DNA of 63,867 nucleotides, the filler included, from Guillardia theta CCMP2712 (taxonomy: Eukaryota; Protista; Cryptophyta), in NCBI RefSeq assembly GCF_000315625.1. It is 3 parts of 3 records of this genome, joined end to end, with 100 filler letters (N's around TTAATTAATTAA, not from the genome) between each part and the next. Parts side by side here need not be neighbours in the genome. Positions count along the whole stretch, not along the records: positions 39,741 to 63,867 come from NW_005434371.1; 2 more parts are not named here. One strand, written 5' to 3'. This document shows, in pieces, positions 39,741 through 50,240 of this stretch; the first letter of the stretch is position 1, and every line of letters begins with the position of its first letter. The translations under genes and the position numbers were made by a program. Under the pieces are notes generated by a model. That model made no database searches. It was not told the DNA's origin and worked only from the letters and a program-made list of their open reading frames with translations.

Positions 39741-41649
39741 TTTAAATAGAAGGGTGAGGACAAGCCCTGCTTCCTTTTGTGCTGCAGCATGTGGGTGAGA
39801 GAGTACAAGAGGAGAGGAGAGGAGAGGAGAGGGGAGGAGAGGAGAGGAGAGGAGAGGAGAGGATGGGTTTGGGGAGGAGAGGAGAGGAGAGGATGGGTTT
39901 GGAGAGGAGAGGAGAGGAGAGGAGAGGAGAGGAGAGGAGAGGAGAGGAGAGGAGATCAGGAGAGGGCAGCAAGAGGAGAGGAGGAAGGAGTGAAACATGG
40001 GATTGCACTTCTGCTCTCCTCATCAAATTTCTCTCATCTCACAGGTTGCATCTTCCGCTGAGCATGACGTAGACGGCGTCGGGGACCTCGTCTTGTCTGA
40101 ATAGGAAGTCGCCCTCAGTCTGCAAGGACGACGCGCAGTGATATCAGCAAGGGCGAGCATGACGGGAGGGAAAAGCCTGTCCTTCACCTTAGTCGTCAAT
40201 ACGGCAACGCTTGCAAGCTCCTGCGTCTGCGCCTCCGAGAAAGACTGGAAGAACTTGAACTTGCGAACGATGGAGAGAAGCTTCTCGATCCTGTCATGGA
40301 GGTTCGTAGACTCGAGGCTCTTCATCAACTGGAACTCGTTGGGCGCTATGTTGGTCTTGCCCACCACCTGACGGGCTCAAGTCATGAGACGGTAAGGCGA
40401 CAGAGACACGAGAGAACTGACGGAGATCGCTGCTGCCTTGTGAACAGCCTTGGAGACCTGAGACGAGTGACGTCATGACACGTCGGTCAGCTACCGCCAC
40501 CTCCCTTACTTTCTTCCGAAGTTTCGACTGATGGTGGTTCAGAAGGTAATCCCACTTTGGCAGCTTCAACTCTTCCTTGTCTTCTTTGCTCGCTTCAGCC
40601 GAATCATCCTTCTTCTTCCTTCCCAGCGCCACTGCCGCAAACACCTTCATCGCAACCCTCGCCATGTTTCCTTTCTTCGCCAGCTGAGGAGCTGCATCTT
40701 GCTTTCCGTCTTGCTCCTCGCGTGCATTAGCATGTAGGCGATTGGTCAGGTCCCGAAGAGAAGGTTTGTTCAAGACGCGCTGACTGCCGTGCGATGCGAC
40801 GAGAGATTTCTGACTGCTGTTGTTCCCCAGCACTTCAGACCTCAACTCATCTTTCTGCATCGCCGAATGTCTGACAAGACCCGTCAGATCCGCTATCAAC
40901 TTCGTCTTCCTCAACAAGGGCGCCCAGTATGCCCCGTGGTGGTGTCGAGGGGAGAGCTGTCGCTCAGGGGTGGGAGGAGAGACGACGGTAAGGGTCCCTT
41001 GAGGAACGTGGAGGTCCGATGTCTGTCGACGTAGAGCATGCCTGCGAGGGGACGTCTTGGTTTCCTTTCCTTCCTCGCCGTCGGGGTCCGTCACCTCAAC
41101 GCTATGAGAGGAGGGGTGGCTGGAGAAGAGCTGAGGGAGCGAGTTGGACTGCAAGGAGAAATCTTTGATGTTGACGTTACGACGAGGGGAGATCTTGAAG
41201 TTCTTGCTGGAGTTGAGGAAGGGGCCCTCAGTAGGGTTGGAGGAGGAGGAGGCGGCTGGCTTCAGGAGGGACAAGCGCGAGCGATGGACTTGGGCTTGGT
41301 CCTCATGATGAGCCAGGAGGGAGAAGTGGTGGGGTCGACCTTGAGACTGAGTAGAGAAGCTTCGCTCGGTCTCAAGTGGGGATGCGAGGGAGGATGCGAG
41401 GGGGGATGCGAGGGGGGTTGCTGGTGGGGAGCGTCGGAGACGGAGGGAGCAAGGGGAGGAGAGGAGAAGGCAAGTGGGGAGCGACGAGGAAGCAAGTGGG
41501 GGAGGCGAAGGGGGGTGCTGGTGGAGAGCGTCAGAGACGGAGGGAGCAAGGGGAGAAGACGAGGAAGCAGGATCAAGAGAGGAGGAAGGAAGAAGAGTCG
41601 GAGAGTGAGGGGACGGTAGCTCGGCAGCGAACGTCGCCATGGTTGGCAA
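39741..41649 (-). CDS. Cyclic-nucleotide-binding domain protein (3' end in gap)
   Basis: KFKFFQSFSEAQTQELASV followed by an exon reading EGDFLFRQDEVPDAVYVMLSGRC (cNMP beta-roll start). Long disordered N-terminal exon. Confidence 0.7.
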
Positions 41650-41784
41650 CGGATGTCAAAAGCCCACCCCCCACCCCCTGACAGTAGTGTGATAATCAAA
41701 TGTATCTGAGGGGAGGGGGTGGATGAGGTGCAGGATTGCTACATTTGCGACTTTCAATGACCAGAGCAAGAAACTGAGAAAGTA

Positions 41785-41868
41785 AGAGCGATGAGGTGAG
41801 ATGATGAGAGCGATGAGGTGAGATGATGAGAGCGATGAGGTGAGATGATGAGAGCGATGAGGTCAGAT
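41785..41868. repeat. 22-bp tandem repeat AGAGCGATGAGGTGAGATGATG, ~3.7 copies
   Basis: Seen directly in the sequence. Confidence 0.85.
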
Positions 41869-42171
41869 TGATCGCGGAGATGAGCACCTAGCCCGAACAG
41901 GTCGCCTTGGCAAGAACAGACCCGCTCTTCTTAACATTGAACGAAGTTTCGGGTACAATGTTGAGCTCCAAGTGATTTATACGAGAGAGTTGACAGTGGA
42001 GGGGAGGGGAAAGGACTGGGCAGGGCAGGAAAGATGGGGGTTGGACGTGGAGAGGGGTTCAGAGGAGAGGAGAGGAGGAGAGATGGAGTTTAGAGATGAT
42101 GGAGGCGGAGGGAAGAAGTAACTTCAAGCATTGTTTTGCAACATCAATGCTATCACCATCAAATGATGAAA

Positions 42172-43521
42172 TCAATCAAATCCACCTGGCCAGGCTCTGC
42201 TGCCTGCAGGGAGCATTACGTCTTGCCCTGCATACAGTCCCCGGTCGCGATCCCCCCTGCCCCCATGTAGCTGCGCAAGGACGTCGCTGGATTTCGTTTT
42301 CCTCACTTTTGCCGCATCCTCCTCTGCCTTGCGACGTATCGAGGCGACCTCCTCCTCAGCCCTGCGCATGATCTCCGCTACCTCCCGCTCCTGGGAGTCC
42401 ACCTCGCGAGCAGCAAACTGGTTCTTGACGTCATCGGGGGAGTACACCATCTCGATGTCAAACTTTCGGTCAGGGTCGTCGTTGATCCTGTCAGGCAGGG
42501 CAGCCGAAACCTGTTGGATCACTGCGCTCAGGTCTGCCAGGCCCATCGGGCCCCCGGGGTTCCCGTACATGACGACCCTGGGGCGTTTGGCCGTGACGCC
42601 CTTCCCTTTCAGGGGTCTGCCAGGCTTTGGGTCAGGATGATCGTGGGAGCAGGTAAGCACAAACACGCTCGTCCCGAACCCTGACCCTGATACGTTCAAC
42701 AAGTTTGTTCTGGCTTTCAGTGAGATCGCTTGTAAGAATAACTTGCCCGCTCGCTTCCTGTACGTCGCAGCCCTTCCCCTGCAGTCAGAGCTGGATTCCA
42801 AGGATACCTCTCCCGCGCCCCCCCTCGCTGTGCAGGTTCTGTCCTATCGGTCGAGCTTTGACCATCGTTGTCCTGCTCCAAGTCTTTGCCGCGTTTCCTT
42901 TTACCCCTGATGGAAAACCTCTGCACTATCTCCAACTGCTCTTCTCTCGTCAGCTCCATGAAATCGTCAACGCTCTTCCCCGTCTCGTTGACCCACTTCT
43001 CGGGGCATTGTCTTCTGTTCACACGACGACCTTGACGTTTGAGACTGACCAGCTCACTGTCTGTGCCCTCCATGTTTCCCATCATTGAGAAGTTTCTCAT
43101 GGAGTCATCCACCTTCTGTAAGGACATGATCGATGATGATGATGCTGATGATCTCTCTCTCCCCTCCTCCCTACCTCCCTCCCTCTCTTTCCCTCTCCCT
43201 CTCCCTCTCCCTCTCCCTCTCCCTCTCTCTCTCTCTCCCTCTCTCTCTACGTCTCCCTCTATCTGCTCCCGTTGTCTCCCCTCCTCCCTAGCGTCTTGTC
43301 TCTTCTCCTCACTTTCCTTCCGCGTAAAACAAAAAAAAAAGGTTTGGTCTCGCCCAAGACGAGCTAGTCCTGATCCTTGTTCCCCTGCTTGTCGCGCATG
43401 GTGCCGCTCGTGTGGTTGGACTGACGGTGTTGGCTGCCTCTTCTTTCTGTGTGGTCTCTTGTTGCATGAGGCGGACTTGTTGGTTTACTCTTTCCTTCCT
43501 AGCTTGCTCCTGTTTGTCCAC
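42172..43521 (-). pseudogene. Frameshifted hypothetical gene (ORFs 43309-43521, 42717-43127, 42172-42801)
   Basis: Consecutive or overlapping protein-like ORFs on the same strand, with frame changes near homopolymers (~42817-42824, 43331-43340). Confidence 0.35.
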
Positions 43522-43914
43522 TCAAGTGATTAAACATAACTATTTTTCTCATTTTTCTTATTCTACTACTGATGGTCCTCGTGATAGATCAGTGAATGGA
43601 CTGACTGACTCAGCACAAGACTGACGTGTGTGCTTGTCATGGCTGAGTGATGCTTAGTGGGACTTGTTGTGTAGTTTGTTGATGTATCGAAGTAAATAAG
43701 TATACACGAGCCGCACATACAGCAAACATGAAAAATTCACAAAAATTCACATGGACCCAGTCATCGCTTCAGATTCATGATACCATATCCTGAGACGTGA
43801 TGTTGTGCAAAACATCAACTTACATGCCCGAATCCTTTGAATGCATGCAGCAATTCGGCTTTGAATTACAAAACTCATGGTAGGGCAGCAAACAGGCAGG
43901 GCAGACTTGGCTGT

Positions 43915-44646
43915 TCAAATTTCATCCACGTTCAGCTCACACTGCTCGTACCACTTGAGCCAGTTGCGATCTTTCGCGTCAAACGGCGTCCAGAGGCAGG
44001 GCCAAGAACCTGACATGCTGCTGGACTCTGACTCCTCCACGCCCTGCTCTGAAGCCTCCGACTCACTCCCAGCAGAAACTACTCGATGCGATCGCTGCTG
44101 CTCGAAGGAGGCTGCAGGTGAGTCAAAGACTAGTATGCTCTCAGTCAAACCAGAGATCTCATCCTCTGACTCCGCATCGTCCACACTGCCACAAGCTTCT
44201 TCTGATGCAGTAGTCATTGGTTGTTTAACGAACGGTTCGTTCTCATTCCAAGAGCTCGCGCGGCTCTGCTGTGCATCCATGGGGTTGGGCTCAGGGGCTT
44301 CTGCTACAGGGGTCACTTGTGGAGGCGGGTCAGCAAGTGTCTCAGAGGGGTTGAGAGCCCAGCGGCTGTATGGCCATCGCCTGATACCGAACTTGCGACA
44401 TGCAAGCTTGAGGCTGGTGACCGACATGCCCTGGACAGGAAGTGAGCGGTTGAAGCCTTCCTCCTACAACTCTCATGCTGACAAGAGCGAAATCAAGAGA
44501 TATCTCACCAAGCGTCTTGCTGCCATCTCCTGGGGAAGGTGGAACAGGGCCTGGAGGGTAGGAAGGGAGATGCTGACTGGGGGAGGAGGGGTGGAGCAGT
44601 CGCCGCGAGGGCGCGGAGAAACAAGAACATGAGCGGAAGAGTTCAT
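43915..44646 (-). CDS. RWP-RK domain transcription factor (2 exons)
   Basis: ATG at 44646. ISLPTLQALFHLPQEMAARRL | GTGAG..CAG | GMSVTSLKLACRKFGIRRWPY is a complete RWP-RK motif. Confidence 0.9.
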
Positions 44647-45219
44647 GAACCTGGACAGTCAGACGACAAGGGGAGCAGGAGGCGAGGGCGATGGCCGAGG
44701 TCTGCCGGTGAAGGAATGGAGGGGTAGGGAGGGAGGTGCAACGGCTTTCCATTAGACCTCATTTCATACAACGATTGCCTGTTGCTTCCATCGAAAAGAC
44801 CTCTGTTGGATGGGAGATGCACCGTGGCAGCCACACCGAATACGGCGGAACTTGTCGGAAGCCATAAGTCCCTAATCATTGAAGTGCCACTCAAACTCGG
44901 CCGGGACCCACTTGGGCCGTGGAATCGATCTGGGGAGGTAGAGGCACGGGAGCACAAAAAGGTACAAGTGCAGGCTGCTCGTCGGAGTTGGTCAAGGCGG
45001 AAGCCAACAAGGTTCAGATGTCCTTTGAGTTGCTCGCTGTGCGCAGGCCTGCTTCCCGAGCCCTCCCTGCTGCATATATACCCCACTACCCCCCGAGGTT
45101 GCTGTCACAGGAAGGAACAAGCAGGAGCTCAAGCAGCGAGCAGACGACGACTGACCTTGTATATGCTGGTTGTCGCGGTCCAAGGTCGAGATCGCGGAAA
45201 CCAAAACGAAGCATTCATT

Positions 45220-46533
45220 TCAGAACAACTCATACGTGTTATACACAGATGCTTTGATCACAGTCTTTTTGGGCTGAGGTCTTGCGGGAGGGGCTGGGAG
45301 GATGTTGGGGATGGATGTCTGCCACCATAGCTTGAAGTGTGCGATGTTGGTCTCCACCTCGCTCGGACGAAAGTCGCTGAGCTTCAGGGTGACCCTGTCG
45401 TTGTCCAGTGCGGTGTATGGGTTGCCCAACGGGATGGAGACATAGCCGTCATCTCCGGAGTCCCAGAGCTTTGGAGAGAAAGGAGCCCTGAGCATGCGAC
45501 TGGGCTCCGACAGTGACGGGTCTATCAAGAACCCCGTCTTCCTGCACTCCAGCTCGATGCAAGCATAGGCAATAGAGATCTTGACATACTCAGGGGTCTT
45601 GAACATGCTTTTGGTCTGGAACCACGACACCCTCTCCTGCATGGTCTCAATCCACTCGTGTACCTCTGCGATGGTGGTCATTGCCGATACCGGTGCGAAC
45701 AGGTTGAGCACATACTTTCGTGCTATCCCATGCACAAAGCAGCAGAGCTGGTGGAGGACACTCTTGATTGGCCCGTATTGCGAGAGCCAATGAGGGTGAG
45801 TGTTGCAAGCCTGAATGAAGTAGGGCTCGATCCTCTGGTACCATACCCTGTTCCAGTACGGTATCCAGACAACCTCTCCTGCATCTGTGAGGACATCATC
45901 CTGCCACTTGTAATCTTGAGAATGCAGCGAGATGTAGGTGTTGGACACCGTGCGGGAGCTGAGGATGGGCACCGGTGCGACGGACTTGTAGATGGAGGAG
46001 CGGATGTTGGTCTCCGTGTCTCTCTGCCACTCCTCTGCCGAGGAGCTCCAATAGAGTTGCTTGAAGGCAAAGTAGATGTGCCATCCCTTGCCGCTGCAGC
46101 ACACCATGATCTGATTGATGTCCTTGGTCGACTCGCGGACAAAGTTGGTGTACACCCCCTGGCAGATCTGGCTGATCATGAGGAGGTGGACGAGAGGGTC
46201 CAGCGTCACGGTGTCAATGTCCATCACGAGCATCCTGTTGCATGGATGGTAGGTTTGATTGGTGCCGGTCACTGGGATGTTGAGCTCGGCCCCGAGGTGC
46301 AGAGAGCAGATGTCATTCTTCCTTATGAAGTCATAGAGGTCCGAGACCGGGTCCCGACGGATGGGCTTGCCCTTGAAGGTGGACATCTTGAACGCCATGA
46401 TGTCTGCATGCTTGAGGCCCTGGAAGGGGAAGAAGATCTTGGCTATCATATCGAAGATGCCTCTTTCCTGGAGGTAATGGAAGAGAGTACGCACACCCTG
46501 TCTGCCACGTGCTGACACCTGTGTGGGACACAT
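45220..46533 (-). CDS. Archaeo-eukaryotic primase (AEP/PriS-like), intronless, copy 1
   Basis: 437 aa. Motif I LVMDID, motif II CSGKGWHIY, motif III IDPSLSEPSRMLRAPFS. TATAAAG lies ~32-38 bp upstream. Confidence 0.85.
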   Translation of the reverse strand: MCPTQVSARGRQGVRTLFHYLQERGIFDMIAKIFFPFQGLKHADIMAFKMSTFKGKPIRRDPVSDLYDFIRKNDICSLHLGAELNIPVTGTNQTYHPCNRMLVMDIDTVTLDPLVHLLMISQICQGVYTNFVRESTKDINQIMVCCSGKGWHIYFAFKQLYWSSSAEEWQRDTETNIRSSIYKSVAPVPILSSRTVSNTYISLHSQDYKWQDDVLTDAGEVVWIPYWNRVWYQRIEPYFIQACNTHPHWLSQYGPIKSVLHQLCCFVHGIARKYVLNLFAPVSAMTTIAEVHEWIETMQERVSWFQTKSMFKTPEYVKISIAYACIELECRKTGFLIDPSLSEPSRMLRAPFSPKLWDSGDDGYVSIPLGNPYTALDNDRVTLKLSDFRPSEVETNIAHFKLWWQTSIPNILPAPPARPQPKKTVIKASVYNTYELF

Positions 46534-46593
46534 GGAGATGGCAAGGGGGTCATGATGAGGGAGGCTTTATAGCAACCCTCCCCTAGTCCCGAA

Positions 46594-46664
46594 ATGTGCT
46601 GGAACTGTGCTTGAATTGTGCTGAAACATTTCTAGCACAATTCAGACACAGTTCCTGGCGACAT
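46594..46664. repeat. ~70-nt imperfect hairpin in the palindrome spacer; its 3' arm (46644-46664) is also a perfect 21-bp inverted repeat of 46802-46822
   Basis: ATGTGCTGGAACTGTGCTTGAATTGTGCT-gaaacatttct-AGCACAATTCAGACACAGTTCCTGGCGACAT; ATGTCGCCAGGAACTGTGTCT at 46802. Confidence 0.9.
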
Positions 46665-46823
46665 ACTACCGAAGCCCCTACCCCCACCTCCTACCCTAGG
46701 CCCAACCACCCTCGCCTCCCCCGTAGTCAGCTAGGAAACGGAGGCTGCTCTCACAGGCTCGCCTCAAAGATGGAGCTGAGAAGACTCCAGAACTTTCCGG
46801 GATGTCGCCAGGAACTGTGTCTA

Positions 46824-46830
46824 TATAAAG
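46824..46830 (+). promoter_or_regulatory. TATA-like box TATAAAG upstream of primase copy 2 (mirror at 46565-46571 on minus strand)
   Basis: Present in both arms at the same distance from the ATG, and it marks the inner end of the inverted repeat. Confidence 0.5.
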
Positions 46831-46861
46831 TCTCCCTCATCATGACCCCCTTGCCATCTCC

Positions 46862-48175
46862 ATGTGTCCCACACAGGTGTCAGCACGTGGCAGACAGGGT
46901 GTGCGTACTCTCTTCCATTACCTCCAGGAAAGAGGCATCTTCGATATGATAGCCAAGATCTTCTTCCCCTTCCAGGGCCTCAAGCATGCAGACATCATGG
47001 CGTTCAAGATGTCCACCTTCAAGGGCAAGCCCATCCGTCGGGACCCGGTCTCGGACCTCTATGACTTCATAAGGAAGAATGACATCTGCTCTCTGCACCT
47101 CGGGGCCGAGCTCAACATCCCAGTGACCGGCACCAATCAAACCTACCATCCATGCAACAGGATGCTCGTGATGGACATTGACACCGTGATGCTGGACCCT
47201 CTCGTCCACCTCCTCATGATCAGCCAGATCTGCCAGGGGGTGTACACCAACTTTGTCCGCGAGTCGACCAAGGACATCAATCAGATCATGGTGTGCTGCA
47301 GCGGCAAGGGATGGCACATCTACTTTGCCTTCAAGCAGCTCTATTGGAGCTCCTCGGCAGAGGAGTGGCAGAGAGACACGGAGACCAACATCCGCTCCTC
47401 CATCTACAAGTCCGTCGCACCGGTGCCCATCCTCAGCTCCCGCACGGTGTCCAACACCTACATCTCGCTGCATTCTCAAGATTCCAAGTGGCAGGATGAT
47501 GTCCTCACAGATGCAGGAGAGGTTGTCTGGATACCGTACTGGAACAGGGTATGGTACCAGAGGATCGAGCCCTACTTCATTCAGGCTTGCAACACTCACC
47601 CTCATTGGCTCTCGCAATACGGGCCAATCAAGAGTGTCCTCCACCAGCTCTGCTGCTTTGTGCATGGGATAGCACGAAAGTATGTGCTCAACCTGTTCGC
47701 ACCGGTATCGGCAATGACCACCATCGCAGAGGTACACGAGTGGATTGAGACCATGCAGGAGAGGGTGTCGTGGTTCCAGACCAAAAGCATGTTCAAGACC
47801 CCTGAGTATGTCAAGATCTCTATTGCCTATGCTTGCATCGAGCTGGAGTGCAGGAAGACGGGGTTCTTGATAGACCCGTCACTGTCGGAGCCCAGTCGCA
47901 TGCTCAGGGCTCCTTTCTCTCCAAAGCTCTGGGACTCCGGAGATGACGGCTATGTCTCCATCCCGTTGGGCAACCCATACACCGCACTGGACAACGACAG
48001 GGTCACCCTGAAGCTCAGCGACTTTCGTCCGAGCGAGGTTGAGACCAACATCGCACACTTCAAGCTATGGTGGCAGACATCCATCCCCAACATCCTCCCA
48101 GCCCCTCCCGCAAGACCTCAGCCCAAAAAGACTGTGATCAAAGCATCTGTGTATAACACGTATGAGTTGTTCTGA
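46862..48175 (+). CDS. Archaeo-eukaryotic primase (AEP/PriS-like), intronless, copy 2
   Basis: 437 aa. Differs from copy 1 at two residues (DTVT/DTVM; QDY/QDS) plus a few silent changes. Confidence 0.85.
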   Translation: MCPTQVSARGRQGVRTLFHYLQERGIFDMIAKIFFPFQGLKHADIMAFKMSTFKGKPIRRDPVSDLYDFIRKNDICSLHLGAELNIPVTGTNQTYHPCNRMLVMDIDTVMLDPLVHLLMISQICQGVYTNFVRESTKDINQIMVCCSGKGWHIYFAFKQLYWSSSAEEWQRDTETNIRSSIYKSVAPVPILSSRTVSNTYISLHSQDSKWQDDVLTDAGEVVWIPYWNRVWYQRIEPYFIQACNTHPHWLSQYGPIKSVLHQLCCFVHGIARKYVLNLFAPVSAMTTIAEVHEWIETMQERVSWFQTKSMFKTPEYVKISIAYACIELECRKTGFLIDPSLSEPSRMLRAPFSPKLWDSGDDGYVSIPLGNPYTALDNDRVTLKLSDFRPSEVETNIAHFKLWWQTSIPNILPAPPARPQPKKTVIKASVYNTYELF

Positions 48176-49083
48176 AATGAATGCTTCGTTTTGGTTTCCG
48201 CGATCTCGACCTTGGACCGCGACAACCAGCATATACAAGGTCAGTCGTCGTCTGCTCGCTGCTTGAGCTCCTGCCTCCTCTTGCCCCCCGTCTCTCCTGT
48301 CTCTCCTGTCCTGCCTCCTCTTGACCCTCTCTCCTGTGACTCCTGTCCTGCCCGATCCCTTCCCTTGTTCCTTCCTGTTGTCGGGGCTCCAACCGAAGCC
48401 CCCACCCCCACCCCCTGTCCTAGCCCACCCCACAACCCTCGCCTCCCCCGCAGCCAGCTAGGAAACGGAGGCTGCTGTCACAGGCTCGCCTCAGAGAGGG
48501 AGCTGACGGCAACCTCGGGGGGTAGTGGGGTATATATGCAGCAGGGAGGGCTCGGGAAGCAGGCCTGCGCACAGCGAGCAACTCAAAGGACATCTGAACC
48601 TTGTTGGCTTCCGCCTTGACCAACTCCGACGAGCAGCCTGCACTTGTACCTTTTTGTGCTCCCGTGCCTCTACCTCCCCAGATCGATTCCACCCAGACCC
48701 AGCGCTCAGGCTAGAGGCTCGCAGGCCCGAGGGGACACGGGCGGAACGTGGGCCCCGGCCGAGTTTGAGTCCGATCACTGATTAGGGACTTATGCAACAG
48801 AGGTCTTTTCGATGGAAGCAACAGGCAATCGTTCTATGAAACTTGAGGTCTCCCTACCCCTCCATTCCTTCTCCGGCAGACCTCGGCCATCGCCCTCGCC
48901 TCCTGCTCCCCTTGTCGTCTGAGAAACCTTTTAGTCAACAGATCAGTCAGTAGTGATTTTCAACACCCTTTCGGAAAATTGTCTTTTTTTTTCCACGCGA
49001 CCCCCACCCCCACCTCAATCTGACCCCTCCTTCTCCCTGTTGGGGCACAGTAACTACGGGGGTACCTTTCGCGGCTCTTGACA

Positions 49084-49407
49084 ATGCACAACATCCTCGT
49101 TCCTTCCTCCTTCGCCGTCCTCCTTGGCGGCGCCGCCTTCAACGCTGCTGGATACAACAGCGGTCCCGGTGTCTACGAGTGGAAGGCTGGAGGAAGCGGA
49201 GACAAGGCCTTCTGCAAGGCCAACATGAGCGGGTCCCCCAACGACGAGATCTTCTGGGAGTACCCTGTCTGCAGGAGGTACAGCACAAACTTCAGCGAGT
49301 GGGACGACCTGGACTCAAGCATCTTCAACTTCAAGTCAATCACTACGCCTGTCGACCCCAGCTACGTCGACGACTGGCTCTACAATGTCGGAAACGGCAT
49401 CTACTAG
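49084..49407 (+). CDS. Small hypothetical protein
   Basis: Intact ORF with strong C/G third-position bias: MHNILVPSSFAVLLGG...VDDWLYNVGNGIY. Confidence 0.6.
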   Translation: MHNILVPSSFAVLLGGAAFNAAGYNSGPGVYEWKAGGSGDKAFCKANMSGSPNDEIFWEYPVCRRYSTNFSEWDDLDSSIFNFKSITTPVDPSYVDDWLYNVGNGIY

Positions 49408-49534
49408 TTCACCACTGCGTCCTGAGCTCTCCGAGGAGGAAGGGTGTTGTACTTGTTTCTGTTCCTAACAAACTTGGCTTCACCCTTCTTGATCATCTCC
49501 CCTGTCGCTCTCTGTCTCTGTCTCTGTCTCTGTC

Positions 49535-49579
<45 letters not shown>

Positions 49580-50240
49580 ACTGCAACCTGTAGCTGTCAG
49601 ACATCAAGTCCCTCTAGCTCAGGGCGACATCAACTTCATTGTCCTGCACATCGTACGTGGTACTTGGATAGTTGTAGGCTACATCAACTGAAGGACAGCA
49701 ATCCTTGTGAGGAGACGAGCAGATGGAGTATGCCTCCGAGCCCGTGAGCTGGCGATTTCGAGCCTGCAGAGCTTCGAAAGTATACAGTTGAGTCAGGGCT
49801 GTCAGTGTGATTCATTCACGGGAGTAGATTGATGGAGGAGGTTTCTCTCTCGCAGCAGTTTCGAGAACTTCTTACTTCATTGGGAGCATCATCGTATCGT
49901 GCGCCAGGTGACCGTACGAATCCCAACGCTACATGGTTATGGGATCAGGTCCATTTGAGTGGAGCTGTGCACTTACGGTGCGCACCCCGTCTGACATGAC
50001 GGTCACGGTAGCCGCAAGTGCAAGCGGGTCAACGGGGGAGAGGGGGAGGAGGGGGGAAACGCGACGTGCGACAGGCTTGACCCTGGCGGTCGGGGAGGAC
50101 CAAGAAGGCTGATGATGAGTTTGCCATCACTCAGCATTTTGTCAATCTCGTTGACGAGCAGGTGTTTGATGCTTGTGTGCCCTTAGAATCATCGCTCTAG
50201 GATTACATACCGGCGATCCCTCCGTCCTTGAAACGCGTAG

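Larger units (their letters stand above)
44659..48922. mobile_element. ~4.3-kb imperfect palindrome (arms ~44659-46571 and ~46824-48922) carrying head-to-head primase genes; candidate mobile/replicon element
   Basis: Reverse-complement matches: 45121-46571 with 46824-48274, 44918-45102 with 48509-48692, 44863-44904 with ~48755-48795, 44770-44808 with ~48796-48833, and 44659-44731 with ~48850-48922. The mobile nature is inferred. Confidence 0.6.

Noticed and set aside
45658-47737. Antisense and shifted ORFs (285, 139 aa etc.) duplicated on both arms
   Set aside because: Shadows of the GC3-rich primase genes, with no motifs of their own.
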